A stretch of DNA of 39,636 bases from a virus, in IMG/VR virus record IMGVR_UViG_3300037851_001094; one strand, given 5' to 3'. The position numbers and the translations under genes are program-made. Positions 1-7,059 of this stretch are shown here, one piece after another (the first letter of the stretch is position 1; every line of letters starts with the position of its first letter). Below the pieces are notes generated by a model. That model saw nothing but the letters and a program-made list of their open reading frames with translations. It was not told the DNA's origin and did not search any database.

Positions 1-127
1 GGCAAGATAGACTACGAAAAGGCTGAAGAAATTAGAAAAATGTTCTCTTTTGGCTATAAAATATGTCAACTAGCAAAGATGCATAAACTCTCATACTTCA
101 ACATTAGAGATATTATCAATAGACGCT
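1..127. repeat. Terminal direct repeat copy 1 (exact copy of 39510..39636); circular-closure overlap
   Basis: nt 1-127 (ggcaagatagactacgaaaagg...attatcaatagacgct) are identical to the last 127 nt of the window; the repeat lies inside an open reading frame. Confidence 0.95.
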
Positions 128-273
128 CTTATACATCTCCCATAAAACGATATCGAACGCCTAAATCCCATCCCGCTTCCGCTTCCGAGCCTTGTGTAAA
201 CACCAATTCATCAAATGGCGATACTCAAAAGCCCTATCAAGCTGCTCTTTACAGTGCGGGGATTCTTCTTTGA
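1..273 (+). CDS. 3' part of the junction-spanning zinc-ribbon-repeat/HTH protein (same gene as 38946..39636; unique continuation is 128..273)
   Basis: Frame is continuous through the overlap (...SCGCKRKDRGKIDYEKAEEIRKMFSFGYKICQLAKMHKLSYFNIRDIINRRSY...), TGA at 271-273. The last ~45 codons are low-complexity and may be read-through. Confidence 0.7.
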   Translation, partial: GKIDYEKAEEIRKMFSFGYKICQLAKMHKLSYFNIRDIINRRSYTSPIKRYRTPKSHPASASEPCVNTNSSNGDTQKPYQAALYSAGILL

Positions 274-469
274 TGTCTTCCCAGTCATCCGGACTTAAAC
301 AGTTGATCGCCAAAACAGCAATGAATAGCCTTGCTCCGATGAGATGGAAGATTGCTTCCTCATGCGTCATATCACACATAACGCTCTCAAGCAGCTCTCG
401 CCTCGCTTCCTTCCATACCTCGTCATCGTCTGAAATTTCCATCGAACGGCCCGCCGAATTTCTGTCCAT
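161..469 (-). CDS. hypothetical protein downstream of terL (start uncertain: ATG 469, 442 or 379)
   Basis: 102-aa ORF with helical, protein-like composition (EVWKEARRELLESVMCDMTHEEAIFHLIGARLF...). Overlaps the terL 3' end and the tail of the plus-strand ORF ending at 273, so only one of the overlapping tails is likely real. Confidence 0.35.
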   Translation of the reverse strand: MDRNSAGRSMEISDDDEVWKEARRELLESVMCDMTHEEAIFHLIGARLFIAVLAINCLSPDDWEDIKEESPHCKEQLDRAFEYRHLMNWCLHKARKRKRDGI

Positions 470-1748
470 ACGCTACCTTTTCCCATCTTTGATTAAGCTC
501 GAGCGCATTGTCTCCGCTACGCGACTTGTTAAAGAAGTGGGTAAACAGGGCATATCTTTGTGCATCCATGATATGATCATTCTCTTTAAGGGGTTTGTCG
601 ACTCCAAGCTTAAGGCTCTTATCATCCCAGCGATACTGGCCATACTCCTCGATTGCGTTTTTACATGCTCGGCATATCTTGTACGTTCCATTGGACAGTA
701 ATAAAGATTGAAAGCGTATTCCGTCAACGACTTCATTTTCAGCATCATAGATCCCGTCTACTCCTTGCTTCCTTAGCTCTGCTTTGAAGCTTGCTGCGCT
801 CGGATCAAGGTATATAGCTTTTATCGGTTTTCCAGCAATAAACTTTTTTAAATCCTCTGCGAACTCCGTATCCGTCTTTTGCCGGTTAGTCTTACGGCTA
901 TCCCAGTAGTACTCCTTCTCTAGCCATATGTTCGGGTGGACTTCCGGGTTATAGCCAATGAGAGCCATAGCAGTTGGATTCGTAGTCCCGTAGTCTACGC
1001 CTAAGATGTAGTACTTAACCGTAGTCGGCGGGAAGGTAATTACATGATACACCGGGTCAAAGAAGTCGTAGATGGTTCCTTCTGCTAAACACCACTGTCC
1101 TTCGATGTATCGCTTATACCACAGTCCTTTATACTCCCGCTTAAGGTTGTTTTTGTACGATTCATCGAGGCTTGGATTATCTTCCATGGTAAACAGCCAC
1201 GTAGACAAGTCCAAGTCAGACGCCCTATCAAGAAAATCCACCTTAAGCCAATGAAAGGGGGAGTCAGGGTTAGTGGTAGCAAATAACATAGAGTTAGGAA
1301 CAGATAGCCGAGAAAGGAGCATCCTAAAGAAGCTGTCCGGGATAATAGAAGCTTCGTCGACGTAAGCTCCCGCGAGAGTAGCTCCCTGTATTTTGTGTTG
1401 CGCTCTTTGGTCATTGGCTCCTACTAAGTATATTGTTCGTCCCCATAAATGTACCTCTTGCTTGCCGGCGTAATACCTGGCGTCTGATCCGATGAACGTG
1501 ATCATAGGCTCTACCACGTTGCGGTATAAAGACGTGTTTGTCTTGCCAACCATCATGAGCGTGCCTGGCGCGCCGTGGATACAGTATTGCAGCCAACGTA
1601 TCATTGACGCATAAGACTTGCCCGAGCGGACTGCGCCTTGCCAGACGTTAATCCTCGACTTGCTCTCGAATAGGCTTGTCGCCTGTTTCGGAGATAGCTT
1701 CTGTAGGAAGTACGGCGTTTGCGGAGTATTGTGCGCTTGCGGATTCAA
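423..1748 (-). CDS. terL: terminase large subunit
   Basis: 441 aa. Walker A-like WQGAVRSGKSYAS, Walker B-like LAGAYVDEAS, C-terminal RNaseH-like nuclease motifs (YILGVDYGTTNP, NDHIMDAQRYAL). Directly follows a small-terminase-like gene. Confidence 0.9.
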   Translation of the reverse strand: MNPQAHNTPQTPYFLQKLSPKQATSLFESKSRINVWQGAVRSGKSYASMIRWLQYCIHGAPGTLMMVGKTNTSLYRNVVEPMITFIGSDARYYAGKQEVHLWGRTIYLVGANDQRAQHKIQGATLAGAYVDEASIIPDSFFRMLLSRLSVPNSMLFATTNPDSPFHWLKVDFLDRASDLDLSTWLFTMEDNPSLDESYKNNLKREYKGLWYKRYIEGQWCLAEGTIYDFFDPVYHVITFPPTTVKYYILGVDYGTTNPTAMALIGYNPEVHPNIWLEKEYYWDSRKTNRQKTDTEFAEDLKKFIAGKPIKAIYLDPSAASFKAELRKQGVDGIYDAENEVVDGIRFQSLLLSNGTYKICRACKNAIEEYGQYRWDDKSLKLGVDKPLKENDHIMDAQRYALFTHFFNKSRSGDNALELNQRWEKVAYGQKFGGPFDGNFRR

Positions 1749-2157
1749 GTTCTCGATTAAAGGCTCCTTTGTTAGACTCTAGCTGTGCTTCTTGGTAAAT
1801 CTTGGCGCGCTTATTGACGTGGTTTAAAATGACGGCTGTATCTGGCGGGTGAGTCTCTGTAAGAATCTCGGTAGACGTTTTCTTTTGGCCGGCCTTGTTG
1901 ATGTAGGTGTAAACCTTTTCTTTAACTATCACGCGGGGTTTCATTAGGAGTTCAAGAGCCTTGGACGATTGATAATCGAAGAATGCTCGCGCCTTAGAGC
2001 ACTTTTCCGCGAAAGTAGGGACAACTTCTCGCCATTTATAAATCGTGCTTGTAGAAATATCACACAAATAAGCACATTCTTCCATCGTATAGCCAAGCTT
2101 CAAAAGACAGCAAATTTGATCGCCTTCATATTCGTCGTATTCTAATTCTCTAGGCAT
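1648..2157 (-). CDS. terS: terminase small subunit (HTH DNA-binding)
   Basis: 169 aa. N-terminal HTH (YTMEECAYLCDISTSTIYKWREVVPTFAEKCSKAR) of the kind seen in small terminases; immediately upstream of terL (101-nt overlap). Confidence 0.7.
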   Translation of the reverse strand: MPRELEYDEYEGDQICCLLKLGYTMEECAYLCDISTSTIYKWREVVPTFAEKCSKARAFFDYQSSKALELLMKPRVIVKEKVYTYINKAGQKKTSTEILTETHPPDTAVILNHVNKRAKIYQEAQLESNKGAFNRELESASAQYSANAVLPTEAISETGDKPIREQVED

Positions 2158-2166
2158 AAATATTAT

Positions 2167-2193
2167 TTGAATCCATATGTAAAGACCTATAAT
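2167..2193 (+). promoter_or_regulatory. candidate sigma70-type early rightward promoter
   Basis: TTGAAT (2167-2172), 15-nt spacer, TATAAT (2188-2193) in the divergent terS/early-gene intergenic region. Confidence 0.3.
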
Positions 2194-2299
2194 TCAATCA
2201 GTATCAGAAAAAGAATTTTTACGCATTGTTTTTTATCTTGCGCCTTGTGTATTATGTATGCATAAGCAATAAAGCTTATCTAACTTTGGAGAGTTAAGA

Positions 2300-2554
2300 A
2301 TGAGTAACCTTAAAGAAATTGTGTATGTTTTTGTTGGATGTACAAAAGAAGCGTTTCTAACACGTTGCGCTGCAAATGGAATGAATGGAAAGTCCTATTG
2401 GGATGTATATGCTAATAAAGCTGTAGATATTTGCATGAAAAATCTACAAGAATTTGCGCATGAAAAGAACAAAGATGTTCAAGATAAACAAGGCCTTTTT
2501 GCCCAATGCGCCTTAAATGCTGCAAATGAACTATTTAATCAAATAGGAAGCTAA
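2300..2554 (+). CDS. early hypothetical protein
   Basis: 84-aa ORF, GGAGAG RBS 7 nt upstream of ATG; first gene of a tightly packed rightward cluster. Confidence 0.6.
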   Translation: MSNLKEIVYVFVGCTKEAFLTRCAANGMNGKSYWDVYANKAVDICMKNLQEFAHEKNKDVQDKQGLFAQCALNAANELFNQIGS

Positions 2555-2555
2555 T

Positions 2556-2837
2556 ATGAACAACACAATTTTGGAAGTAAAGAAAGGAGATTTTGTTTAC
2601 GAGGTTGAATATGACGATTTTCCCGAAATTGGGAAAGACTTTGATTTTGATACTGAAAAAGAAAATGAAGAATATTTGAAGCTTTTTGAGAATGAAGAAT
2701 TGTTTTCTTATGTAGTCTTTAAAAAAGAGATTTGTAAATGTTGTGGAGCTTCCGAAAAAATAGCTGAAGTGATAGGGGGTTTTCATGCGCATTCAGCTGA
2801 AGAAGCTTTAGAGCAATTTTTAGATCATGTGGGTTAG
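2556..2837 (+). CDS. early hypothetical protein, strongly acidic
   Basis: 93 aa, D/E-rich (EVEYDDFPEIGKDFDFDTEKENEEYLKLFENEE), AGGAAG RBS; starts 2 nt after the previous stop. Confidence 0.6.
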   Translation: MNNTILEVKKGDFVYEVEYDDFPEIGKDFDFDTEKENEEYLKLFENEELFSYVVFKKEICKCCGASEKIAEVIGGFHAHSAEEALEQFLDHVG

Positions 2838-2905
2838 GCTTCATCTAGGCTTAGAGATTCTAGGCCTAGGATGTTTCTTAAACCTAAAACCTTGGAGAGG
2901 TGTAC

Positions 2906-3124
2906 ATGAAAAAATTTGAATCTTTAGATGAATTGAAATTGGCTTTTTTAGATTTAATTGAGCGGTGCAAAGAACTGCAACCCCAAGAAGTGAGCTTTTT
3001 GATCACTATGCTTGTCACGGATATGACACTTTGCTGTGCGCCTAGTGAAGGCATAGCATATCGCACGTTGTTGGCGGGGATTGAAGAAGGTTATAAAAGC
3101 TTTTTAGAAACGGTAGGTGAATAA
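2906..3124 (+). CDS. early hypothetical protein
   Basis: ATG 2906 lies 5 nt after GGAGAGG (2894-2900); the supplied ORF track starts it at GTG 2900. Confidence 0.55.
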   Translation: MKKFESLDELKLAFLDLIERCKELQPQEVSFLITMLVTDMTLCCAPSEGIAYRTLLAGIEEGYKSFLETVGE

Positions 3125-3396
3125 TGAAAGCAAGAGTTAGACAAGATATTTTAGATTCTCATTTAAAAGTACCTATTAAGCCGGCTATTCTAGACAAAGC
3201 AAGCGATTTAATATGTATAGACTGGAGTAAATGTTATGATTCGTGGCAACCGTCTAGCTATGAAGATGAAGAATGTAATTTATTTTTAGACGTGCCTGGA
3301 GTAGGAATCATTTTAGCAAAAAGTATTGACTTTGATTTTTTTACTAATGAAGAAGCTGAAAGCTTTGAAAATTCAAATAGGGGAAACAATGAATAA
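3124..3396 (+). CDS. early hypothetical protein, acidic
   Basis: 90 aa; TAATG stop/start overlap with the previous gene. Confidence 0.55.
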   Translation: MKARVRQDILDSHLKVPIKPAILDKASDLICIDWSKCYDSWQPSSYEDEECNLFLDVPGVGIILAKSIDFDFFTNEEAESFENSNRGNNE

Positions 3397-3598
3397 GAAA
3401 GACTTTGATTATAAATATGCTGCCGAACGAATGAAGTACTTTTTTGATAAATTTCCACCGCATGTAACAATCTTTACCGTAAATAGACAAGTTGCAAAAT
3501 CTGGAATGAGTGCAATCATTCACGCGTTTGTGATTAAAGACAATTGTTTTGAAGCAACCAAAATAAGCATTGAAGAAGAAAAACAAAAAGGAGACTGA
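3389..3598 (+). CDS. early hypothetical protein
   Basis: Internal ATG 3389 (MNKKDFDYKY...) preceded by GGGGA; 8-nt overlap with the previous gene. Confidence 0.5.
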   Translation: MNKKDFDYKYAAERMKYFFDKFPPHVTIFTVNRQVAKSGMSAIIHAFVIKDNCFEATKISIEEEKQKGD

Positions 3599-3831
3599 TG
3601 TTTATTAAAATCTGTAGGAAGTCTCAATACGGACGCATAAGGTTTTACCCCATGTGTCCAATTAGCCGTACGCTGACCTATATTCTAGGACGAAAGGCGT
3701 TAACGCAGCCGATTCTTGACATCTTGCGTCAACAAGGCTGGAAGATAGAAGAAGTTAAAGAACCGAAAAAAGACCCATGGACGGTAGTCGATGAAAAACC
3801 GCCAGAAACGGAGATTAAAACCAATGAGTGA
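3598..3831 (+). CDS. early hypothetical protein
   Basis: 77 aa; one-base stop/start overlap (TGATG, sharing nt 3598) with the previous gene. Confidence 0.5.
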   Translation: MFIKICRKSQYGRIRFYPMCPISRTLTYILGRKALTQPILDILRQQGWKIEEVKEPKKDPWTVVDEKPPETEIKTNE

Positions 3832-3967
3832 ACCAAGTTTAGCAGAAGCGCAAGCCGATGGTTATGAACTTGCCCGGGAGCTGTTTTGGGATACCCATAA
3901 TCGGGAACCAACGGAAGAAGAGTTACAGGAAGAATACGAAGCGTTATGCGAAAAATATAGGGATTAA
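3824..3967 (+). CDS. small acidic hypothetical protein (47 aa)
   Basis: Hand translation MSEPSLAEAQADGYELARELFWDTHNREPTEEELQEEYEALCEKYRD*; 8-nt overlap with the previous gene; below the ORF-track size cutoff. Confidence 0.4.
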   Translation: MSEPSLAEAQADGYELARELFWDTHNREPTEEELQEEYEALCEKYRD

Positions 3968-4206
3968 ATAATCTCGTCCGGAACTGCTTCAGTATCGTCA
4001 TTGTGCTCGAGGCGAGTGACGAACCATACTTGTCGTAAGTTAATGTAGTAGGCGAAGGGGTTGAGATCATCGGCGGGAAGGATTATAAACCCGTCGTCTT
4101 TGCCTACTGCTTCATAAACCAAGTCCTCGGCTTCGGAGTCTGTTTTAGTGAAATAAGACAGCGTTGCGTTGGGCGAAAAATAATAACGAACTTCGAACTT
4201 TTTCAT
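3964..4206 (-). CDS. hypothetical protein
   Basis: 80-aa ORF; ATGA overlap with the upstream 46-aa gene; convergent with the early cluster. Confidence 0.55.
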   Translation of the reverse strand: MKKFEVRYYFSPNATLSYFTKTDSEAEDLVYEAVGKDDGFIILPADDLNPFAYYINLRQVWFVTRLEHNDDTEAVPDEII

Positions 4207-4343
4207 TTCTTCCCTTTTTTCTTGGCTTTGCGCGCTACAGAATATGCGATTGCAACGGCCTGTTTCTGCGGTTTCCCAGCTTCCATCTCTCGACGGATAT
4301 TGGTTGAGAAGGCTTTTTTGGACTTGGACTTGATTAAAGGCAT
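4203..4343 (-). CDS. small Lys-rich conserved-looking protein (46 aa)
   Basis: Hand translation MPLIKSKSKKAFSTNIRREMEAGKPQKQAVAIAYSVARKAKKKGKK*. The KSKSKKA...GKPQKQA[IV]AIA pattern looks like a widespread small basic protein family (from memory, unverified). Has its own promoter. Confidence 0.55.
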   Translation of the reverse strand: MPLIKSKSKKAFSTNIRREMEAGKPQKQAVAIAYSVARKAKKKGKK

Positions 4344-4371
4344 AAGAACCTATAAAAATTGTATAAAATTT

Positions 4372-4400
4372 CTTATATGTTTTACTTTTTCTATCGTCAA
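4372..4400 (-). promoter_or_regulatory. candidate sigma70-type leftward promoter
   Basis: Minus strand reads TTGACG (4400-4395), 17-nt spacer, TATAAG (4377-4372), about 30 nt upstream of ATG 4343. Confidence 0.45.
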
Positions 4401-4443
4401 CACAATTTTTTTCAGAGAATACGGATGGTTAACAAGAAAATCG

Positions 4444-5046
4444 CTATTCGCTGCAAAAGTTATGTATGGGTGGGGCGCGCAAGATATTAGTTTTAATGGG
4501 GGTTTTTTCTTGAAAATTTGGTGAATGCGGAAGTCTATCGGGAATGGCTTCAAGATATCGAATTGAGTGTGCATCATTCGAATTAAATCGGTTAGCGAAA
4601 AAGACTTCAGGAACATAATCCCCCCTAAAAATCTTAATAACCGTTTTAGGATTATGTGAATAGGTTTTTTTTGAAGCTCCGAAAGATATCATGCGGTCGT
4701 CCTCAATGATAACCTTGGAGAGGCAGTCGAGATAAAATTTTTCTAGGTTGTCCAAGTCTGGCTTTTTTGTGTGTGGAACTTCGCCCCTAAGCGCAGCCTC
4801 TCTTTTTTCTTTTGGCCAAGATTTAGGAACGGGGAAGCAAAAATACAAAAATATCGTTACCGCCCCTTTGATAATTTCCCCTCGATACATGCTTTTTAAT
4901 TCCCATTGTATAGAGAGCTTTTTTTTGCGCTGCGGGTTATAATGGTGGCCAAAACAATTACTACGGGAGCGAATTTGTGAAATTGGTATACCCGGCAATT
5001 CAAGATAAATGCTCTCCGAGGAGTTCGCGGGCTGAGACTTCTCCAT
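4444..5046 (-). CDS. rusA: RusA-family Holliday junction resolvase (with ~60-aa C-terminal extension)
   Basis: HTKKPDLDNLEKFYLDCLSKVIIEDDRMI matches the RusA catalytic PDxDNxxKxxxDxL...DD pattern. At 200 aa it is longer than typical RusA (~120-130 aa). Confidence 0.75.
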   Translation of the reverse strand: MEKSQPANSSESIYLELPGIPISQIRSRSNCFGHHYNPQRKKKLSIQWELKSMYRGEIIKGAVTIFLYFCFPVPKSWPKEKREAALRGEVPHTKKPDLDNLEKFYLDCLSKVIIEDDRMISFGASKKTYSHNPKTVIKIFRGDYVPEVFFANRFNSNDAHSIRYLEAIPDRLPHSPNFQEKTPIKTNILRAPPIHNFCSE

Positions 5047-5194
5047 TTGTCGCCTTTTCTATTTTGAAAGCAAGCCTTCTTTGGGGCTTTCTTCCTTTCA
5101 AATATTTGTATATCGCAGTATTACTAATCTTTACAAGTCGGGAAAAATCTAGAGGGGACATTGCATTTTTATCTAAGTACTCACGAAGCGTCAT
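5000..5194 (-). CDS. Cro/YdaS-like HTH transcriptional regulator
   Basis: 64 aa. HTH MSPLDFSRLVKISNTAIYKYLKGRKP; first gene of the leftward unit at a divergent promoter region. Confidence 0.65.
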   Translation of the reverse strand: MTLREYLDKNAMSPLDFSRLVKISNTAIYKYLKGRKPQRRLAFKIEKATNGEVSARELLGEHLS

Positions 5195-5217
5195 AAGAAC
5201 CTCAAAAATTATGGATG

Positions 5218-5246
5218 TTTACTAAAAAGCACGAATATGCATAATT
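5218..5246 (+). promoter_or_regulatory. candidate extended -10 promoter for the recombination/replication operon
   Basis: TTTACT (5218-5223), 17-nt spacer ending in TGc, ATAATT (5241-5246); ATG at 5267. Confidence 0.4.
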
Positions 5247-5266
5247 ATAGGAAAAAGGGGGTAAAA

Positions 5267-5821
5267 ATGCAAGACAAGATAGAAAAAAGAATCGAGGACT
5301 ACATCAGAGTAACGGATATCGTGGGGCAGTTTTCGGACTATTCCAAGATACCGGCGGACGTGTTGGAGCGCAAAAAAAATATCGGCACAGACGTCCACTT
5401 GGCCATTGAGGCAGAAACTGGCGACTTCTTCCACAAGCCAATGGAAGAAAGCCGAGGATACATCGATAGCTATTTCAAGTGGAAGGAGAACATAGAGGGA
5501 CAAGTTCTTTTAAGCGAAGCGCGCATCTTCAACGACGAGCTGAATGTAACAGGATGCTTAGATTGTGTAATGAAGATCAATGAGCAACTGTTTCTTGTGG
5601 ACTTTAAGACCTCTAGCCAGCCGAATGAAGAGACATGGCCATTGCAGGGACATTTCTACATGTATCTCTATGAAAAAGAATATGGCGTCAAAATCGAGCG
5701 CGCTGTTTTCTTGCAGCTCGATAAGTTCGGGAAAAAACCGAAGCTATATGAATATGAATGGAATGATGGTCTATGGAAGGTATGTCTAGCCTATTTAGAG
5801 GTGTACAAGTATAGAAAATGA
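5267..5821 (+). CDS. PD-(D/E)XK RecB/Cas4-like exonuclease
   Basis: Motifs GTDVHLAIE, GCLDCV, LFLVDFKTS (DxK) and QGHFYMYLY (QxxxY). ATG 5267 follows a GGGGG RBS (the ORF track starts at 5237). Paired with ERF downstream. Confidence 0.7.
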   Translation: MQDKIEKRIEDYIRVTDIVGQFSDYSKIPADVLERKKNIGTDVHLAIEAETGDFFHKPMEESRGYIDSYFKWKENIEGQVLLSEARIFNDELNVTGCLDCVMKINEQLFLVDFKTSSQPNEETWPLQGHFYMYLYEKEYGVKIERAVFLQLDKFGKKPKLYEYEWNDGLWKVCLAYLEVYKYRK

Positions 5822-5866
5822 AAAAAGGGCGCTTGCCGGCGCCCTCAAAAGAAAAGGAACGACACA

Positions 5867-6031
5867 ATGAATCAGTTAATGGATGCGTATTATGACAATT
5901 TTATCAGATTTCTCGCAATCGAAGAATCGAGATGGATGGAGCCGGATGCCCCGGAGCCAGCAGATGAAGAAGATTTATCGGAAGAGTACTCAGACTACTT
6001 AGACGATAGAGACCAGTTTTTGGAAATTTAA
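5867..6031 (+). CDS. small acidic hypothetical protein (54 aa)
   Basis: Hand translation MNQLMDAYYDNFIRFLAIEESRWMEPDAPEPADEEDLSEEYSDYLDDRDQFLEI*; lies between the nuclease and ERF genes. Confidence 0.45.
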   Translation: MNQLMDAYYDNFIRFLAIEESRWMEPDAPEPADEEDLSEEYSDYLDDRDQFLEI

Positions 6032-6047
6032 CAAAAGGAAAGAAAAA

Positions 6048-6695
6048 ATGATGCAATCACAAGAGATCAATGAAATTTTAACTGCGCTGTCTCATGCTCA
6101 AGCAGAGATCGCAACAGCAAAGAAAGATACGGCAGCCTACAACTACAACTACGCTGATCTGGCGGAAGTGTGGAGTGTATGCAAAGACGCCCTCACTAAA
6201 TGGGGTTTATGCGTCTGCCAGACGACTGATATCACCGAGCAAGGGGTATTCTGTCTGATCACGACACTCGGCCATAAATCCGGCCAATGGATGCGTTCTC
6301 GGATGCCTTTGAACCCGGCAGATCAAAAGCCCCAGACGCTCGGCTCTATGCTCACGTACTACAGAAGATACGCGCTCTCGGCTATAGTTGGGGTTGCAAC
6401 CGAGAAAGACGATGATGGAGCAGCAGCGCAAGAGGCTCAGCGGGAAAAAGATGTCAAAGCCAAGAAGAAAGATAAAGTCCAAGACAAAGCGGTAGAAGCC
6501 GAGATCGAAGATGACTTCTGGCATATGATCGCGCCAACTTACCCAGAAAGCAAAGTCATGGAGTTTTTGAAGCTTTGCGCTGAGAAGAAAGGGAAGCGCC
6601 CTGTAGATGTCATGGATGAGGCGTTAGGCTCGCCAAAGGAGTTTGAAGAGGCACTCAAAAAGCATCTTGACAAGCAAAGGGTTGCAGTAGCATAA
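6048..6695 (+). CDS. erf: ERF-family single-strand annealing protein
   Basis: YNYNYADLAEVWSVCKDAL and GSMLTYYRRYALSAIVG match the ERF core pattern; acidic/Lys-rich C-terminal tail. Confidence 0.8.
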   Translation: MMQSQEINEILTALSHAQAEIATAKKDTAAYNYNYADLAEVWSVCKDALTKWGLCVCQTTDITEQGVFCLITTLGHKSGQWMRSRMPLNPADQKPQTLGSMLTYYRRYALSAIVGVATEKDDDGAAAQEAQREKDVKAKKKDKVQDKAVEAEIEDDFWHMIAPTYPESKVMEFLKLCAEKKGKRPVDVMDEALGSPKEFEEALKKHLDKQRVAVA

Positions 6696-6728
6696 GGAAA
6701 GACGTATCTGTTGATCTCCTTAAAGGTG

Positions 6729-6756
6729 CCCCGGGTTAAAATCCGGGGTTTTTTTT
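6729..6756 (+). terminator. rho-independent terminator (plus strand) after erf
   Basis: CCCCGG (6729-6734) pairs with CCGGGG (6743-6748), 8-nt loop, then T8 (6749-6756). Confidence 0.8.
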
Positions 6757-6759
6757 GGC

Positions 6760-6792
6760 AAAAAAAAGAGGGCTAACCACTTTGATTAGCCC
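6760..6792 (-). terminator. rho-independent terminator (minus strand), no annotated minus-strand gene upstream
   Basis: GGGCTAA (6770-6776) pairs with TTAGCCC (6786-6792), 9-nt loop. A8 at 6760-6767 gives U8 two nt after the stem on the minus strand. Confidence 0.65.
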
Positions 6793-6968
6793 CCCACCTT
6801 GAGAGGTACTTGTCCAACAATCTTCAAATTGGACTTCTTTACGTTACGAAAATTTAGCTTTTTTGAAAAGAGAGAGTTTGACTAAGATGTATACAAGGCG
6901 CTGAAAAAAGATGCGCCCCGGAGCTCCAACACACCGAGGCACGAATCCTTTGACCGGGATTTGATGTC

Positions 6969-6998
6969 TTGAATCTTACACCTAATCGTGAATATATC
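6969..6998 (+). promoter_or_regulatory. candidate promoter for the replication genes
   Basis: TTGAAT (6969-6974), 17-18 nt spacer, ATATAT/TATATC (6992-6998), about 60 nt upstream of ATG 7060. Confidence 0.35.
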
Positions 6999-7059
6999 AC
7001 AATAGGTAAAAAAGATTTCAATAAAAAAAGTGTGGAGCTCCTAAAAAAAAGGAGTTTTC

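Noticed and set aside
1-127. Interpreting the 127-nt terminal repeat as a genuine T7-like physical direct terminal repeat
   Set aside because: It lies entirely inside a continuous reading frame. Its length fits an assembler k-mer overlap, and the terminase resembles headful-type enzymes. Circular or permuted closure is the simpler reading, though only read mapping can settle it.
192-701. 169-aa plus-strand ORF
   Set aside because: Antisense shadow of terL (423-1748); Ser/Leu-rich low-complexity translation; no RBS.
4222-4616. ORFs 4222-4524 (+) and 4350-4616 (-)
   Set aside because: They overlap the better-supported 46-aa gene (4203-4343), a good leftward promoter (4372-4400) and the RusA 3' region. 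Translations are low-complexity and lack RBSs.
5000-5194. Reading the Cro-like gene as evidence for a temperate lifestyle
   Set aside because: No integrase, CI-type repressor, excisionase or attachment-site-like repeat is visible. A ParB-like protein is present without ParA. Lifestyle is left undetermined.
5821-5850. GGGCGC...GCGCCC hairpin after the nuclease gene as a terminator
   Set aside because: No U-tract follows it, and the next gene starts 17 nt later in the same operon. At most it is a minor RNA structure.
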